This document shows positions 50,506 through 61,625 of a DNA stretch of 64,000 nt, one piece after another. The notes under the pieces were generated by a model. It saw only the letters and a program-made list of their open reading frames with translations. It was not told the origin of the DNA and made no database searches. The position numbers were made by a program, and so were the translations under genes. The DNA is from an uncultured virus (IMG/VR IMGVR_UViG_2684623151_000005) (lineage: Duplodnaviria > Heunggongvirae > Uroviricota > Caudoviricetes): IMG/VR virus record IMGVR_UViG_2684623151_000005. The stretch is one strand, 5' to 3'. Position 1 is the first letter of the stretch, and each line of letters begins with the position of its first letter.

Positions 50506-52314
50506 TTATTTTCTTTTATATGAAATACCCATAGCTGATGTTTGATAATCTACTTCTCCAGTTGAAATTAAAGACTTCAAACAAGCATTAAAATCCTCAT
50601 ATGTATATGATTTATTTAACTTTGCATTCACATAACTATGAACAGTATGTAATGACATTGAAGTAAATGGTAATTTATCTATTATTGCATCCCCTAACTC
50701 CTTATCAAAAACACTAAACAATCTATCTAATTCATCGAATACATCTTCTTGGTGAGGAGCTTCAGTTTTTGTAGTTCTAAATCTAATTGAGAAAGTTTTA
50801 TCTAATGTAGCTGATGATACGAAACAATTTCCTGAATTTAGATAAGGTAATGACCTAACTGAATCTTCATCCAAATTCGCTTCTTTAGCAAGAACTTTTA
50901 TATCTTCTACATCCTTAGTACTAAATATACATTTAGTACTAAGTTGTGATACTATTGTTGGGTCTAATAATGAAGGTCTTTGTGTACAAAGTACTTGATA
51001 AACTCCATATTTTCTTGCCTCTTGTGATATCTCTTTTAATATTCTTTTAGTTGGAGTTTGAGAATCAGCAGGAGCTACAAAATGTGCTTCATCTGATATT
51101 ATAAAAAATGGAGGAAATGCTTCAATATCTCCAATACCATCTTTAAAGTTTCTTCTTTTATAATAAAGCTTTTTAAATATATAAGATGAAATCATTAATA
51201 TTTTAAAGTTACTTCCTCTTATTACAGCCAACTTTCTACTTTTTAGTGCTTTTTCTAATGATAAAATATCATTATTAAAAATCCCTGTTGACTCTAACCC
51301 TTCTAACCTCCATAAAAGCCCTTGTAATGTATTAGAACCCGCAACCTTTGATTTATATTTACGATATAGGACTTCTTGATTTTCTGTTAAGTTAGGTATA
51401 TCTCTAACCCCTTTAGCTCTATTTTCATAAACATCTAAAGCTTCCTTTAAGTCTTTAACCTTATTAGTTAAATGAGAAAATGTATCACCTTTTTCATATA
51501 ATGAATTTAAAGCTACTGCCATAGGTTGAGATAATGGGTCTGCAAATTCTATTAAAGATTGCAACTCACTAACTGTAAGCTCTGTAAACTTAATACCTAT
51601 ATTTTTTCCAACCTCAAAAATTTTATATTTATTTTTATAGTCATATCTTAAATTACTATCTAATCCATGCATAGTTTCTTCAAATTCAAGTTCTGAATGG
51701 GGGTCTAAAGCTATAGCAGGAATATCTTTTTCCATAAACTCTTCACATATTACTCTTAACCCATAAGTTTTACCTGAACCTGAACCTCCAAACAATCCTA
51801 TTCCTGGATATTCTCTAAAAGTTCTATGATTTATTGAAAGAGGAACACCTTTCTGCTTTACAGCTTTTCCCTTTTCCCATAATGGAGCTATATTGCAATA
51901 TTCACTTGGAATATCTTCTTGTAACTTTTCAGTTCCATTAATTACGCCTAATAATAATCCCTTTTTCGGTTCAGTTGGTATTAAGAATTTTTTTATCTCT
52001 TCAAATTGTGGCTCTCTAACCTTACTTGAAGGTGTTATAGGAACTTGTAATGTTTCTAATATTCTCAATTTAGCTATATTTACATTTTCCTTCTCAAAGT
52101 CATCAAGAGTATAAAGTTCACTTACAGTACACCCTTTAGGTAAAGTACTATCATCAGCTAATGCATATGAATTAGTTTCTATAACCTCTCCTGCTATATT
52201 ACCTAAACAAGTATCTTCTATTATAAAATACTCATTTTGATAAAATCTTCTATTATTTGATACTATATATACTTCTCTTTTGTCAGTAACCCCAAAAACA
52301 AAAATCTTATTCAT
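50506..52314 (-). CDS. herA: HerA-family DNA translocase/ATPase
   Basis: HAS-barrel-like N-terminus; GGSGSGKT, LDPHSE, ISDEAH, EARKYG, TQRPS. Confidence 0.88.
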   Translation of the reverse strand: MNKIFVFGVTDKREVYIVSNNRRFYQNEYFIIEDTCLGNIAGEVIETNSYALADDSTLPKGCTVSELYTLDDFEKENVNIAKLRILETLQVPITPSSKVREPQFEEIKKFLIPTEPKKGLLLGVINGTEKLQEDIPSEYCNIAPLWEKGKAVKQKGVPLSINHRTFREYPGIGLFGGSGSGKTYGLRVICEEFMEKDIPAIALDPHSELEFEETMHGLDSNLRYDYKNKYKIFEVGKNIGIKFTELTVSELQSLIEFADPLSQPMAVALNSLYEKGDTFSHLTNKVKDLKEALDVYENRAKGVRDIPNLTENQEVLYRKYKSKVAGSNTLQGLLWRLEGLESTGIFNNDILSLEKALKSRKLAVIRGSNFKILMISSYIFKKLYYKRRNFKDGIGDIEAFPPFFIISDEAHFVAPADSQTPTKRILKEISQEARKYGVYQVLCTQRPSLLDPTIVSQLSTKCIFSTKDVEDIKVLAKEANLDEDSVRSLPYLNSGNCFVSSATLDKTFSIRFRTTKTEAPHQEDVFDELDRLFSVFDKELGDAIIDKLPFTSMSLHTVHSYVNAKLNKSYTYEDFNACLKSLISTGEVDYQTSAMGISYKRK

Positions 52315-52435
52315 TTTTAATCACCTCTTAGCTTTTTTTAACTTAAATTAATTCTATTTCAATATTAGACATTTGTCAAATTAATATTACAAAACAAAAA
52401 AAAACTGATTGAATAAAATCCAACCAGTTTCTAAA

Positions 52436-53059
52436 TCAATCTTTTAATAAATCAAGTATATTTAGTAATATATTTAGTACATCTAAGTACATATCCATAA
52501 CTTCATTTAATATTTCATCATTTTTTAACTTACCATTATTTGATTTTAATTTAAGCTTAAATTTATTTATATCATATGCTACAAATATCATAAACAAAAA
52601 TACTATTAATAATGATATAGATGGTAGGTAAAAAAACATTCTCAATACTATATAGACTAAAACTATTAATAAACTACAATTCAAGAAATATCCTAAAAAT
52701 GATATATCTTTACAATAAAAGCCTAAAATCATACTTAGTATTACAACTATTGTAGTGATACAAATAGCATTCAAAAATAACCCCTTACTATATATATCAC
52801 ATAAATATCCTAATCCAAGCCCTTCTATATAGCAAAACAATACAAAAAATATCTTTTTGGCTACACCTTCTGTATATAAAAAACCAAATATTATTGCTAA
52901 TGGAATCAGTATGATAACGTTATGATTACATTTTTCAGGTAAAAATTGAGTACACATTGCTCCTATAAGAGTTAGAATAAAAGATATTCCTAAAAACAAA
53001 CTATATTTTAAATAAGATTTTTTCATTTCTGTGCTAAAATTATTTTTTAAATTATTCAT
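52436..53059 (-). CDS. Bax inhibitor-1/YccA-family membrane protein
   Basis: Multi-TM; VAYDINK and MYLDVLNILLNIL. Confidence 0.85.
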   Translation of the reverse strand: MNNLKNNFSTEMKKSYLKYSLFLGISFILTLIGAMCTQFLPEKCNHNVIILIPLAIIFGFLYTEGVAKKIFFVLFCYIEGLGLGYLCDIYSKGLFLNAICITTIVVILSMILGFYCKDISFLGYFLNCSLLIVLVYIVLRMFFYLPSISLLIVFLFMIFVAYDINKFKLKLKSNNGKLKNDEILNEVMDMYLDVLNILLNILDLLKD

Positions 53060-53233
53060 ATATAACTCCTTATATAATTTTTATTTATTATAAGCAGTTT
53101 AAAATATTATTATAATTAATAAAATCTTAGAAGTTGTTTAGGAAACTTTTAAAGCAAAAAAAGATATGGAATAGTTATTATAATACTTACAATATCTATT
53201 CCATACCAATAACACTATATTTAATTCTATGCT

Positions 53234-53887
53234 CTATTGTATTAACTCTTCTACTTTTGATATATCATTCTCTTTTTTAATTCTAAATGTTTTTTCGCCT
53301 ATATTACTTAGATATTCATCATGAGTTACTAAAAATACTTGCTTACCAGTAAATTGAGAAATATCTTTTAAATAATCAGTAACCTTTGATGAATACTCCC
53401 CTTTTGATACAAATTTTGTTGGTTCATCTAAAAACAATGGGGCTTTATTGTTTTGGCCTACTAATTGAGTTATTGAATTAAATGAACATAAGGAAACAAC
53501 ATCAGCAAGACCTCCACCCTCTTCATTTGCAGGGTCAGTTTCACATATAATACCATCATTATTCTCTTTTGATAAGATTGAGATTTCAGCCCCTTTTTTA
53601 TCATCCATAGAAACTTTAACTGATAAATCACTTCCAAAAATATATTGAATGGCATTAGTATTAACATCTTCTAATACCTTTTTAGCTCCTTCTTTAGCCT
53701 CTTTTGATGCTTCTATTAGTAATTCCTTCTTTAAAAGAATTTCATCTCTCTTTCCTTCTAACTCTTCTATTTCCTTACCTTTTTCAATTAGTTGTTTATT
53801 TAATGTTTCTTTTACTATTCTATCCTTATTGATTTTGTTAACTAATAATTCTATTGCATTATTTATATTATCTTTCATTATTATCAC
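53234..53887 (-). CDS. C-terminal half of a split SbcC/Rad50-type ABC ATPase
   Basis: Coiled coil, signature-like EEGGG, Walker B LFLDEP, H-loop VTHD; no Walker A. Confidence 0.85.
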   Translation of the reverse strand: MIIMKDNINNAIELLVNKINKDRIVKETLNKQLIEKGKEIEELEGKRDEILLKKELLIEASKEAKEGAKKVLEDVNTNAIQYIFGSDLSVKVSMDDKKGAEISILSKENNDGIICETDPANEEGGGLADVVSLCSFNSITQLVGQNNKAPLFLDEPTKFVSKGEYSSKVTDYLKDISQFTGKQVFLVTHDEYLSNIGEKTFRIKKENDISKVEELIQ

Positions 53888-53957
53888 CTCTTACGTATAT
53901 ACTATCATTAATTTAACAATTGTCAAATTTAAAAAGAAGAGGCATTATACCTCTTCT

Positions 53958-56351
53958 TTAAAATGTTTCACAGCCTGAACCTAATTCTATATTGAATACT
54001 GATACAACAGTAGATATTTTTATCCTTTTAACTAATTCATTAAACTCTTCAAAACTATCTAAAGTAAACACTTGTAATGGGTCTTGTTGCTTATATGAAG
54101 CTAATTGAGAAGCTTGTTTTATGTGAGTTATTGATTCTAAATACTCCATCCAGTTTAAGTCAACAAAACTTAACAATATACCTCTAACTATTGATGAAAA
54201 CATATATTCATCATAAGATTGTTTTATTAAATTATACTTATCTATTGATTTTTCATACAAATAATGTTCAACTTCTTCTATAGAATTGTTTTTATTATAC
54301 ACATCTAAAACTCTATCAACAGTTACAAAATCCTTATTAAAAAGTAATGGATTTATTTCATCAAGATAATCTATAAATATTTCCTCTATACTTTTATCTA
54401 TATAAGTTTCATCATCTAATTTAAGCCTTAGTGTATGTAATTTTGAAGAAACAACTTCTTTTACCATTTTATCTATAAATTCAACTAAATTATCTGTATC
54501 TAAAACTTCATTTCTTTGAGAATATATTATCTCTCTTTGCTTATTAATAACCCCATCATATTTCATTGTATCTTTTCTGCTTTCAAAGTGCATACCTTCT
54601 ATTCTTTTTTGAGCCTCACGAACTCTTTTAGTAAAGAACTTGTTTTGTATTAACACATCTGATTGACCATTTTTATTAAGTGAATGTTCTAACTTATCCA
54701 ATATTTCAGGACTTGAAAAAACCCTTAGTAAATCATCTTCAAATGAAAGATAGAATATACTTTCGCCAGGGTCTCCCTGTCTCCCTGAACGACCTACCAA
54801 CTGATTGTCTATTCTTCTATTATCAGCCCTTTCAGTTCCTATAACCTTTAGACCACCAAGTTTTTTAACTTCATCATCTATTTTTATATCAGTACCTCTT
54901 CCTGCCATATTAGTCGCTATAGTGACTGCTCCTTTCATTCCTGCCTTTTCTATTATATGAGCCTCTTGTTCATGAAACTTAGCATTCAATACATTGTGAG
55001 GTATATTCTTTCTACTAAGTAATTCAGATAGTTCTTCTGATTTTTCTATACTTGAAGTACCTATAAGAATTGGTTGTCCAGTAGTATGTGTTTCAACTAT
55101 ATCTTTTATAATTGCTTTAACTTTAGCAATTCTACTTGAATATAATTTATCTTCTCTATCTATTCTTTGTATAGGTTTATTGGTTGGTATAACAATGACA
55201 TCTAAATTATAAGTTTCTCTAAACTCTTCTTCTTCAGTTTGAGCTGTCCCAGTCATTCCTGATAATTTTTTATATGATTTAAACAAATTTTGATAAGTTA
55301 TACTTGCCAATGTCTTATTCTCTGATTGTATTCTTACACCTTCTTTAGCTTCTAAAGCTTGATGTAATCCATCAGAATATCTTCTACCTTCAGCAATTCT
55401 TCCAGTAAATTCATCAACTATATATATCTCATTATTTTTAGGCATATAATCAATATCTTTTTTCATATCAAAATTTGCTTTTAATGCTTGACCTACATGA
55501 TGTCTTAAGTCAAAATGCTCTAAATCTGAATAATTATCTATTCCAAAGAATTTCTCTATTTTAGCTACCCCACTTTCAGTTAAGGTAACAGTTCTTTCTT
55601 TTTCATCTACTTTATAATCTTCTTCACTTAATGATTTTACAACAACATCCGTTATCTGATATAAATTTGTAGGTTCGTCTCCCTGGCCACTAATTATAAG
55701 AGGTGTCCTTGCTTCATCTATAAGTATTGAGTCAACTTCATCTACAATAGCAAAATTTAGCCCTCTTTGAACTCTACTTTCTTTTGTTTTCACCATATTA
55801 TCTTTTAAATAATCAAAACCCAACTCATTATTTGTTATGTAAGTTATATCTTTGCTATATGCATCCTTTCTTTCTTGTGGATTTATATTAGATATTACTA
55901 CACCCGTACTAACCCCTAAATAATCATATAATGGCTTCATAAGTTCCCTATCTCTCTCTGCAAGATAGTCATTAACAGTTACTATATGAACTCCCTCTCC
56001 TGTTATTGAATTAAGATAAGCAGGACATACTTCTGTCAATGTTTTACCTTCACCTGTTTTCATTTCGGCTATTCTTCCCTGATGAAGAACTACTCCACCT
56101 ATTAATTGAACATCAAATTGTTTCATTTCCAACACTCTTGAAGAGGCTTCTTTACATACAGCAAAAACTTCAACTAATAACTCTTCAAGTGTCTCACCTT
56201 TTTTATATCTTTCTTTAAACTCTTGAGTTTTAGCTTTTAATTATTCATCACTTAATGATTGCATTTTCTCATCAAGTTTATTTATCTTCTCTACAATTTT
56301 TCTTACTCTTTTGACTTCTCTTTCTGAATAAGATTTGAATAAACCTAACAT
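53958..56351 (-). pseudogene. secA: SecA with in-frame ochre stop at codon 37
   Basis: MLGLFKSYSEREVK...SLSDE*LKAKTQEFKERY continues in frame into MKTGEGKT, VDEVD, TNMAGRGTDI, GRSGRQGDPG; TAA at 56241-56243. Confidence 0.9.
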
Positions 56352-56523
56352 AGATACTTCAACACCTCCAAAGTATTCATCATATAGTAAAGATTATATT
56401 TTTACATTTGACTTTTGTCAATTGACTAAGTACACTAATGTAATGTACCTTATATTCTTTTATATAAGTTTATATAAGTTAATATATTATATTAAAAACA
56501 AAAGAAAGAAGGTGGTTTTCTTT

Positions 56524-57443
56524 ATGGATTGTACGCTTATGCTTGGTGATTGCTTAGAAAAAATGGAAAGAATTCACGATAAGTCAATAGATATGATAAT
56601 ATGCGACCTTCCATATGGTTAGGAACTACTAACTGCAGATGGGACAACCCAATAGAGTTAGAAGATTATGCAATAATAAGAGGTAAAAAAATTTATTATA
56701 ATGAATTTTTAACTATAGAAGAAACTAAGAATACTTTTAGAAAGAAAAAGTTGTCAAAAAAGGTTCTTAAGAATATATGGAATAAAATATGTAAAAAAGG
56801 CTTATGGAGTCATTATGATAGAATAATAAAGGATAATGGCATTATAATAATGTTTGCACAAGCACCTTTTGATAAAGTTTTAGGGTATAGTAATCTTAAA
56901 AATTTAAGATATGAATGGATTTGGGAAAAAACTCAAGCTACTGGTTATTTAAATGCAAATAGAATGCCAATGAAAGCTCATGAAAATATATTAATATTTT
57001 ACAAAAAGCTTCCTTCATATAATCCACAAAAAACATTTGGACATAAACCTGCAAACTTTTCTAATAAAAAAGCTGAAATTCATAATAAAAGTTCACTATA
57101 TGGAAAAGTAACAAGAGATTGTATTACTGGTGGTCAAACTGATAGATATCCTCGTAGTGTTATAAAGTTTTCATCTGATAAGCAAAAAGAGCATTATCAT
57201 GAAACTCAAAAACCATTACTATTAATTGATTATTTGATAAAATCATATAGCACTACTGAAGGTTTAAATATTCTTGACAATTGTTCAGGCTCAAATTCTA
57301 CTGCAATTGCAGGATTATTAAATAATATGAATGTAATTGCAATTGAAAAAGATTTAGAAATATTCAATAGTGGTTTAGACAGGCTATTAAAATATATTAA
57401 TGAAAGAAATATAAAAATAGATAATTTTGTAGTATCTTATTAA
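56524..57443 (+). pseudogene. N4/N6 DNA methyltransferase (beta class) frameshifted after DLPYG
   Basis: GDCLEKM...DLPYG* in one frame; GTTNCRWD...HETQKP...ILDNCSGS in another; removing 5 nt gives 304 aa. Confidence 0.88.
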
Positions 57444-57506
57444 AGTTATCATAATAATTTTAATGAAACAAAAACATGGAATCACTTAGGTAATTCCATG
57501 TTTTTT

Positions 57507-58163
57507 CTATATCTCTTCTTCATATTCATAAAATTCTCTTAAAAAGTCTAAAGGTTTATATTTGTCCCCATAAGCATATAGTAATCCTTCTCTTTGAAAA
57601 GTAGTTCTTTTATCATATCCTTTACTTTTAATTGATAAAAGTTCATCTAACTCTTTAAATTTCATAAACTTTCTTTCTTCTTTAGTTACATCATTAGTAT
57701 GTTTTGCATAATATTGTGTTAATACATTTATTGAACAACCTCTTCTATAAAGTATATAAGATTTAATTTTACTTTGCTCTATATTAAACATTCTTGCATC
57801 GAAGTATATAATCTGACTTTTAAAATATTTGTTAAAGTAAAAAAATACTTCTTGAGATATTAATGAAACAATCTTTTGAGTATCAATACTTTTAAACTTT
57901 CTATACAAACTATATGGCTTCAAAAATATTATATTAAATTCATCACTTGATATGTAAACATAACATTGATATTTATTAGATATGTATTCAGCAGTTCTCT
58001 TCATAACATGAGAAAATGTCCATTGTGATTCATCCAATATATTTATCATTTCATTTTTACAAACATTCTTTCCATCAAGTCTTATTACTACAGGCTTACA
58101 TAAGCTTATCTTACTCTTATACTTATTTTCTATCATCTTAAAATAATCAAACCTACTATTCAT
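57507..58163 (-). CDS. Thg1-like tRNA(His) guanylyltransferase / 3'-5' polymerase
   Basis: VVIRLDGKN, YISSDEF, QKIVS, YFDAR. Confidence 0.85.
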   Translation of the reverse strand: MNSRFDYFKMIENKYKSKISLCKPVVIRLDGKNVCKNEMINILDESQWTFSHVMKRTAEYISNKYQCYVYISSDEFNIIFLKPYSLYRKFKSIDTQKIVSLISQEVFFYFNKYFKSQIIYFDARMFNIEQSKIKSYILYRRGCSINVLTQYYAKHTNDVTKEERKFMKFKELDELLSIKSKGYDKRTTFQREGLLYAYGDKYKPLDFLREFYEYEEEI

Positions 58164-58377
58164 TCAATAATTCCTCCTTTAATTCTTATTATTTATATAC
58201 TATTTTTATAAAAATACTATAATAAATTTTGTCTATATTCTGACATCAATTCTATCTTTCTACATTTTAAGAGGTGAAATATTGTTTTAATAAAACTTTA
58301 GTTTACTTGTGAATAAATAAGTGCAAAAAAAGAAGAGTAATTTAAATCACTCTTCTCTTTTTTATTAATCTACAAAA

Positions 58378-58530
58378 CTATTTATTTTTATCCCTTGAAA
58401 ACATACTTGCAATTTCTCGGAATTTTTTTAAATACTCTTGATTTTTTTTATAATCTCTATTAACTTCATTTATAAAGCCCTTTGCATCAGCAATTATCAT
58501 ATTAGATAGAAGTTTTCTTCTGTTTCTCAT
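58378..58530 (-). CDS. 50-aa hypothetical protein (not in ORF track)
   Basis: AAAGGA RBS; MRNRRKLLSNMIIADAKGFINEV...; terminator downstream. Confidence 0.4.
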   Translation of the reverse strand: MRNRRKLLSNMIIADAKGFINEVNRDYKKNQEYLKKFREIASMFSRDKNK

Positions 58531-58730
58531 CTTTTACACATTCCTTTATATATATCAATGAAATCTAAATTTAATAAAAAGAGACTCCACAAAAAAAATG
58601 AAGTCTCTAAATCAAGTTATCTGAAAACACAGTCTATTAAATTAAAAAGTCGGCAATAATTAAAACTTGATTATATATTATATATACTCTTTAATCTAAT
58701 ATTATATAACTAAAATTGCTATACCCTTGT

Positions 58731-59021
58731 TTAAAATGGAATATCTCCATTACGATTTTCTTGATTAATATTACTTCCTTGTATTAAATCCCAAGGAATT
58801 AATTGGTTTATTTCTGATAATAATTGATTTATTTGATTTTCTCTATTCTTAAGTTCAACTTCAACTTCTTTTGGGTTTATATCGAATTTAGCTAATTCTT
58901 CATTTTCTTGCTTTAGATTATCTACAAGAACATCCCTTTTAGCTATAGCTTGTTGTCTAATTCCCTTAACCTTTTCTATAGCACTTTCTAACTCCTCTAC
59001 ATTCTTTACATTATTTATCAT
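58731..59021 (-). CDS. Small coiled-coil protein, likely middle piece of the split Rad50, with SSB-like DIPF tail
   Basis: Immediately after the SbcD-SbcC fusion; heptad pattern; ends NGDIPF. Confidence 0.65.
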   Translation of the reverse strand: MINNVKNVEELESAIEKVKGIRQQAIAKRDVLVDNLKQENEELAKFDINPKEVEVELKNRENQINQLLSEINQLIPWDLIQGSNINQENRNGDIPF

Positions 59022-59036
59022 AATACACTCACACCT

Positions 59037-61625
59037 CTACTCTACTAATTTTTTTATAATTCTATCGACTACTTGTTCATTTATATCATGCTTACATATT
59101 GGACATTTATTCTCTTTCAATAATTCATTTTTGAATTTATTAATATTTGTATTTAGCTCTTTATTTTTATTCTCAATAAATTCATCTGCAATAACTAACT
59201 TTTTCTCAATTTTAATCTTATTGTTATATATATTTTTAATATCATTTACCTCTTTATTTAAAGAATCGACTTTAGATATATTATTTTCTAAACTTTCTAA
59301 AATATTAGTTCTTTCTATAATTTTATCAAGCTTACAAAGTTCTTTCTTATCATTTTCTATTTTAAAACCTAAATTAGTTATATTTTCAGCTTTAGATTTA
59401 AAATCTTTATATTCATTGCTAAGATTTACAAAGTTCCTAAATTTATTATTTAAATCATCTACTAATTCAGTTTTTTCTATGATATAGTTCTCTCTTCTTA
59501 TATTATTCTTTAAGTTAGTTACATTATTTGATGTCTTTTTATAAGCATCATACTCTTTTAACAACTCATTATTATCTAATATTAAATCTTTTAATGAGCT
59601 ATATTTTTCTAACAATAGTTTTACATTTGAAGTTCTATCAATAATTAATTTAAAAGATTTCCCTTCCTTTATTATTGATGTTCTCTTACTTTGTATGAAT
59701 TTAATTTTTTCATACTCATCTACAAGAGTTTTTACAAATCTTATTTTCTCTGATACATCATCTATACAATTTGTATCTTCAATTATTTTTTCCATAAGAG
59801 TTATTTCTTTGGTTAGTCTTTGTATTTCATTAACTATTTCTCTTATACTATTAATCTCTTCTTGTAATTTCATTACTTGATTTTGTTTTTCAATAATAAT
59901 GTCCTTAGTTTTATCCAATTCTTCTAAATAATCATATTTATTTATCTCATTTTCAAGACTAAGCTTATCTTCTTTCTTATTTTTAATAGATGCATTTATA
60001 CTTCTCTCTTCTCTTTCATATTTTCTGATAACAGCATCAGCAAAGTGAGTACCATAAATACCACCTATTATTTTTTCTCTTTGAGGAGCTGTATATTTAT
60101 CTCCAATTAGAAACCAACTATCACCTTGTCTTAAAAAATTTAATGGAACTGAAAGGTCCTTATCTATATCTAAAGTATTAAATCCCATCAATTCTTGTAT
60201 TATTGGTAAACCTTTTGTATTAAACTCTTCTACTTTACCAGTATTATTATTTTCAACTATATAGCCATTTTTACCATTAGCTTTACGCTCAACTATTCTT
60301 GTAATTGTATATCCATTAGATAGATATATAGAAACTTCACATCTATCTTTACCGTTTGTTATAAACCTTCTAACATTCTTTTTACTTCTATTCTCTATTA
60401 TAAAGTCAAAAGCTCTTAGAATAGAGGTTTTCCCCTGCCTACTCTCTCCTATTAGAACATTAAGTCCTTCTGAAAAATTAAGTTCAGTATCAACATGTGA
60501 CTGAAAATTTTTCAAAACCATTTTCTGAACATAGTAATTTTCACAGTTTGCATTTGACTTATCCATTTCACTCATTTTTTCTGCTATTTCTTTTACTATT
60601 TCTTCAGTAACTTCCTTAGCTATATTCTTATTATCGGCAATTGAGCTTATAATATCTGATATATCTATACCTTTATTTATCTCTGCTTTTATGACAGTAG
60701 ATTTTATATTTTCGAGATTAGCTTTCCTTTGTACCATTTCTTCGAGTTTACTTCTATCAAGTACATTTTTCCCTGGTTCTGCACTCTTTAAATAAATACT
60801 TTTTATTACAATCCCTTTTTCCTTAGTTATATCTATTAATAAAACTTTAGGTTTTCTTTCTATTTCTTTTAAACTTGCTGATATTCTAAAAGGAGAACCA
60901 GGATTAACAAAATACTTCCCATCAATTTCTTTAAGTTCAAAACCTAAATGGTCATGCCCTGATATTGTTAAATCAGCTTTAGTCTTTTTAGCTATATCTT
61001 CAACAGTTGTATGTCTATATAAATTACCTACAGATTTTTCAACTAACATACCATGAACTATATGAATATGAATATCACCTAATTTTTCTTCAACAATATA
61101 ATCATCTATATTTTCAGGCTTATCCATCCCATTATGATAATGAGTACCTGTAATGGCAATTTTTAATCCATCCTCTGTTTCAAAAAATATTGGATTATCC
61201 TTAGTTGCAAACTTAACAAAACCAATTTCACTCAAAAATTTTATTGAAGTTTTATTTAATGTATTGATATTGTTACCATATATCTCATGATTACCAACAA
61301 CTCCTATTATCGGAACACAATCTTTAATACTATCCAATATTGTATTCATCTGATTTTCATTATTATTCTTTATATTTAATAAGTTGAACATAGTTTCTGA
61401 CAAATCACAGTTCATCCATCTTTTTATAACCTCGGTTATAAATTCAGATTTTGGTGATGGTATTGATAAGAAATCACCTGGCTGTAATATTGCAGTAGCA
61501 TTATATTTTTTTGCTATATCTTTTATCTCTTCAACTTTTTTAATTTTCGTCAACTTAAAATCGTCTTTTCTACTTGAAGGTACTTCTGTATTCTCATGTA
61601 TATCTCCAGTACATACAAATCGCAT
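59037..61625 (-). CDS. SbcD/Mre11 nuclease fused to the N-terminal half of SbcC/Rad50
   Basis: GDIH, PGDF, VGNHE, VHG, SGHDH, NPGS; then LKNFQSH, Walker A GESRQGKT, coiled coil, terminal CPIC hook; AGGAGG RBS before ATG 61625. Confidence 0.9.
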   Translation of the reverse strand: MRFVCTGDIHENTEVPSSRKDDFKLTKIKKVEEIKDIAKKYNATAILQPGDFLSIPSPKSEFITEVIKRWMNCDLSETMFNLLNIKNNNENQMNTILDSIKDCVPIIGVVGNHEIYGNNINTLNKTSIKFLSEIGFVKFATKDNPIFFETEDGLKIAITGTHYHNGMDKPENIDDYIVEEKLGDIHIHIVHGMLVEKSVGNLYRHTTVEDIAKKTKADLTISGHDHLGFELKEIDGKYFVNPGSPFRISASLKEIERKPKVLLIDITKEKGIVIKSIYLKSAEPGKNVLDRSKLEEMVQRKANLENIKSTVIKAEINKGIDISDIISSIADNKNIAKEVTEEIVKEIAEKMSEMDKSNANCENYYVQKMVLKNFQSHVDTELNFSEGLNVLIGESRQGKTSILRAFDFIIENRSKKNVRRFITNGKDRCEVSIYLSNGYTITRIVERKANGKNGYIVENNNTGKVEEFNTKGLPIIQELMGFNTLDIDKDLSVPLNFLRQGDSWFLIGDKYTAPQREKIIGGIYGTHFADAVIRKYEREERSINASIKNKKEDKLSLENEINKYDYLEELDKTKDIIIEKQNQVMKLQEEINSIREIVNEIQRLTKEITLMEKIIEDTNCIDDVSEKIRFVKTLVDEYEKIKFIQSKRTSIIKEGKSFKLIIDRTSNVKLLLEKYSSLKDLILDNNELLKEYDAYKKTSNNVTNLKNNIRRENYIIEKTELVDDLNNKFRNFVNLSNEYKDFKSKAENITNLGFKIENDKKELCKLDKIIERTNILESLENNISKVDSLNKEVNDIKNIYNNKIKIEKKLVIADEFIENKNKELNTNINKFKNELLKENKCPICKHDINEQVVDRIIKKLVE

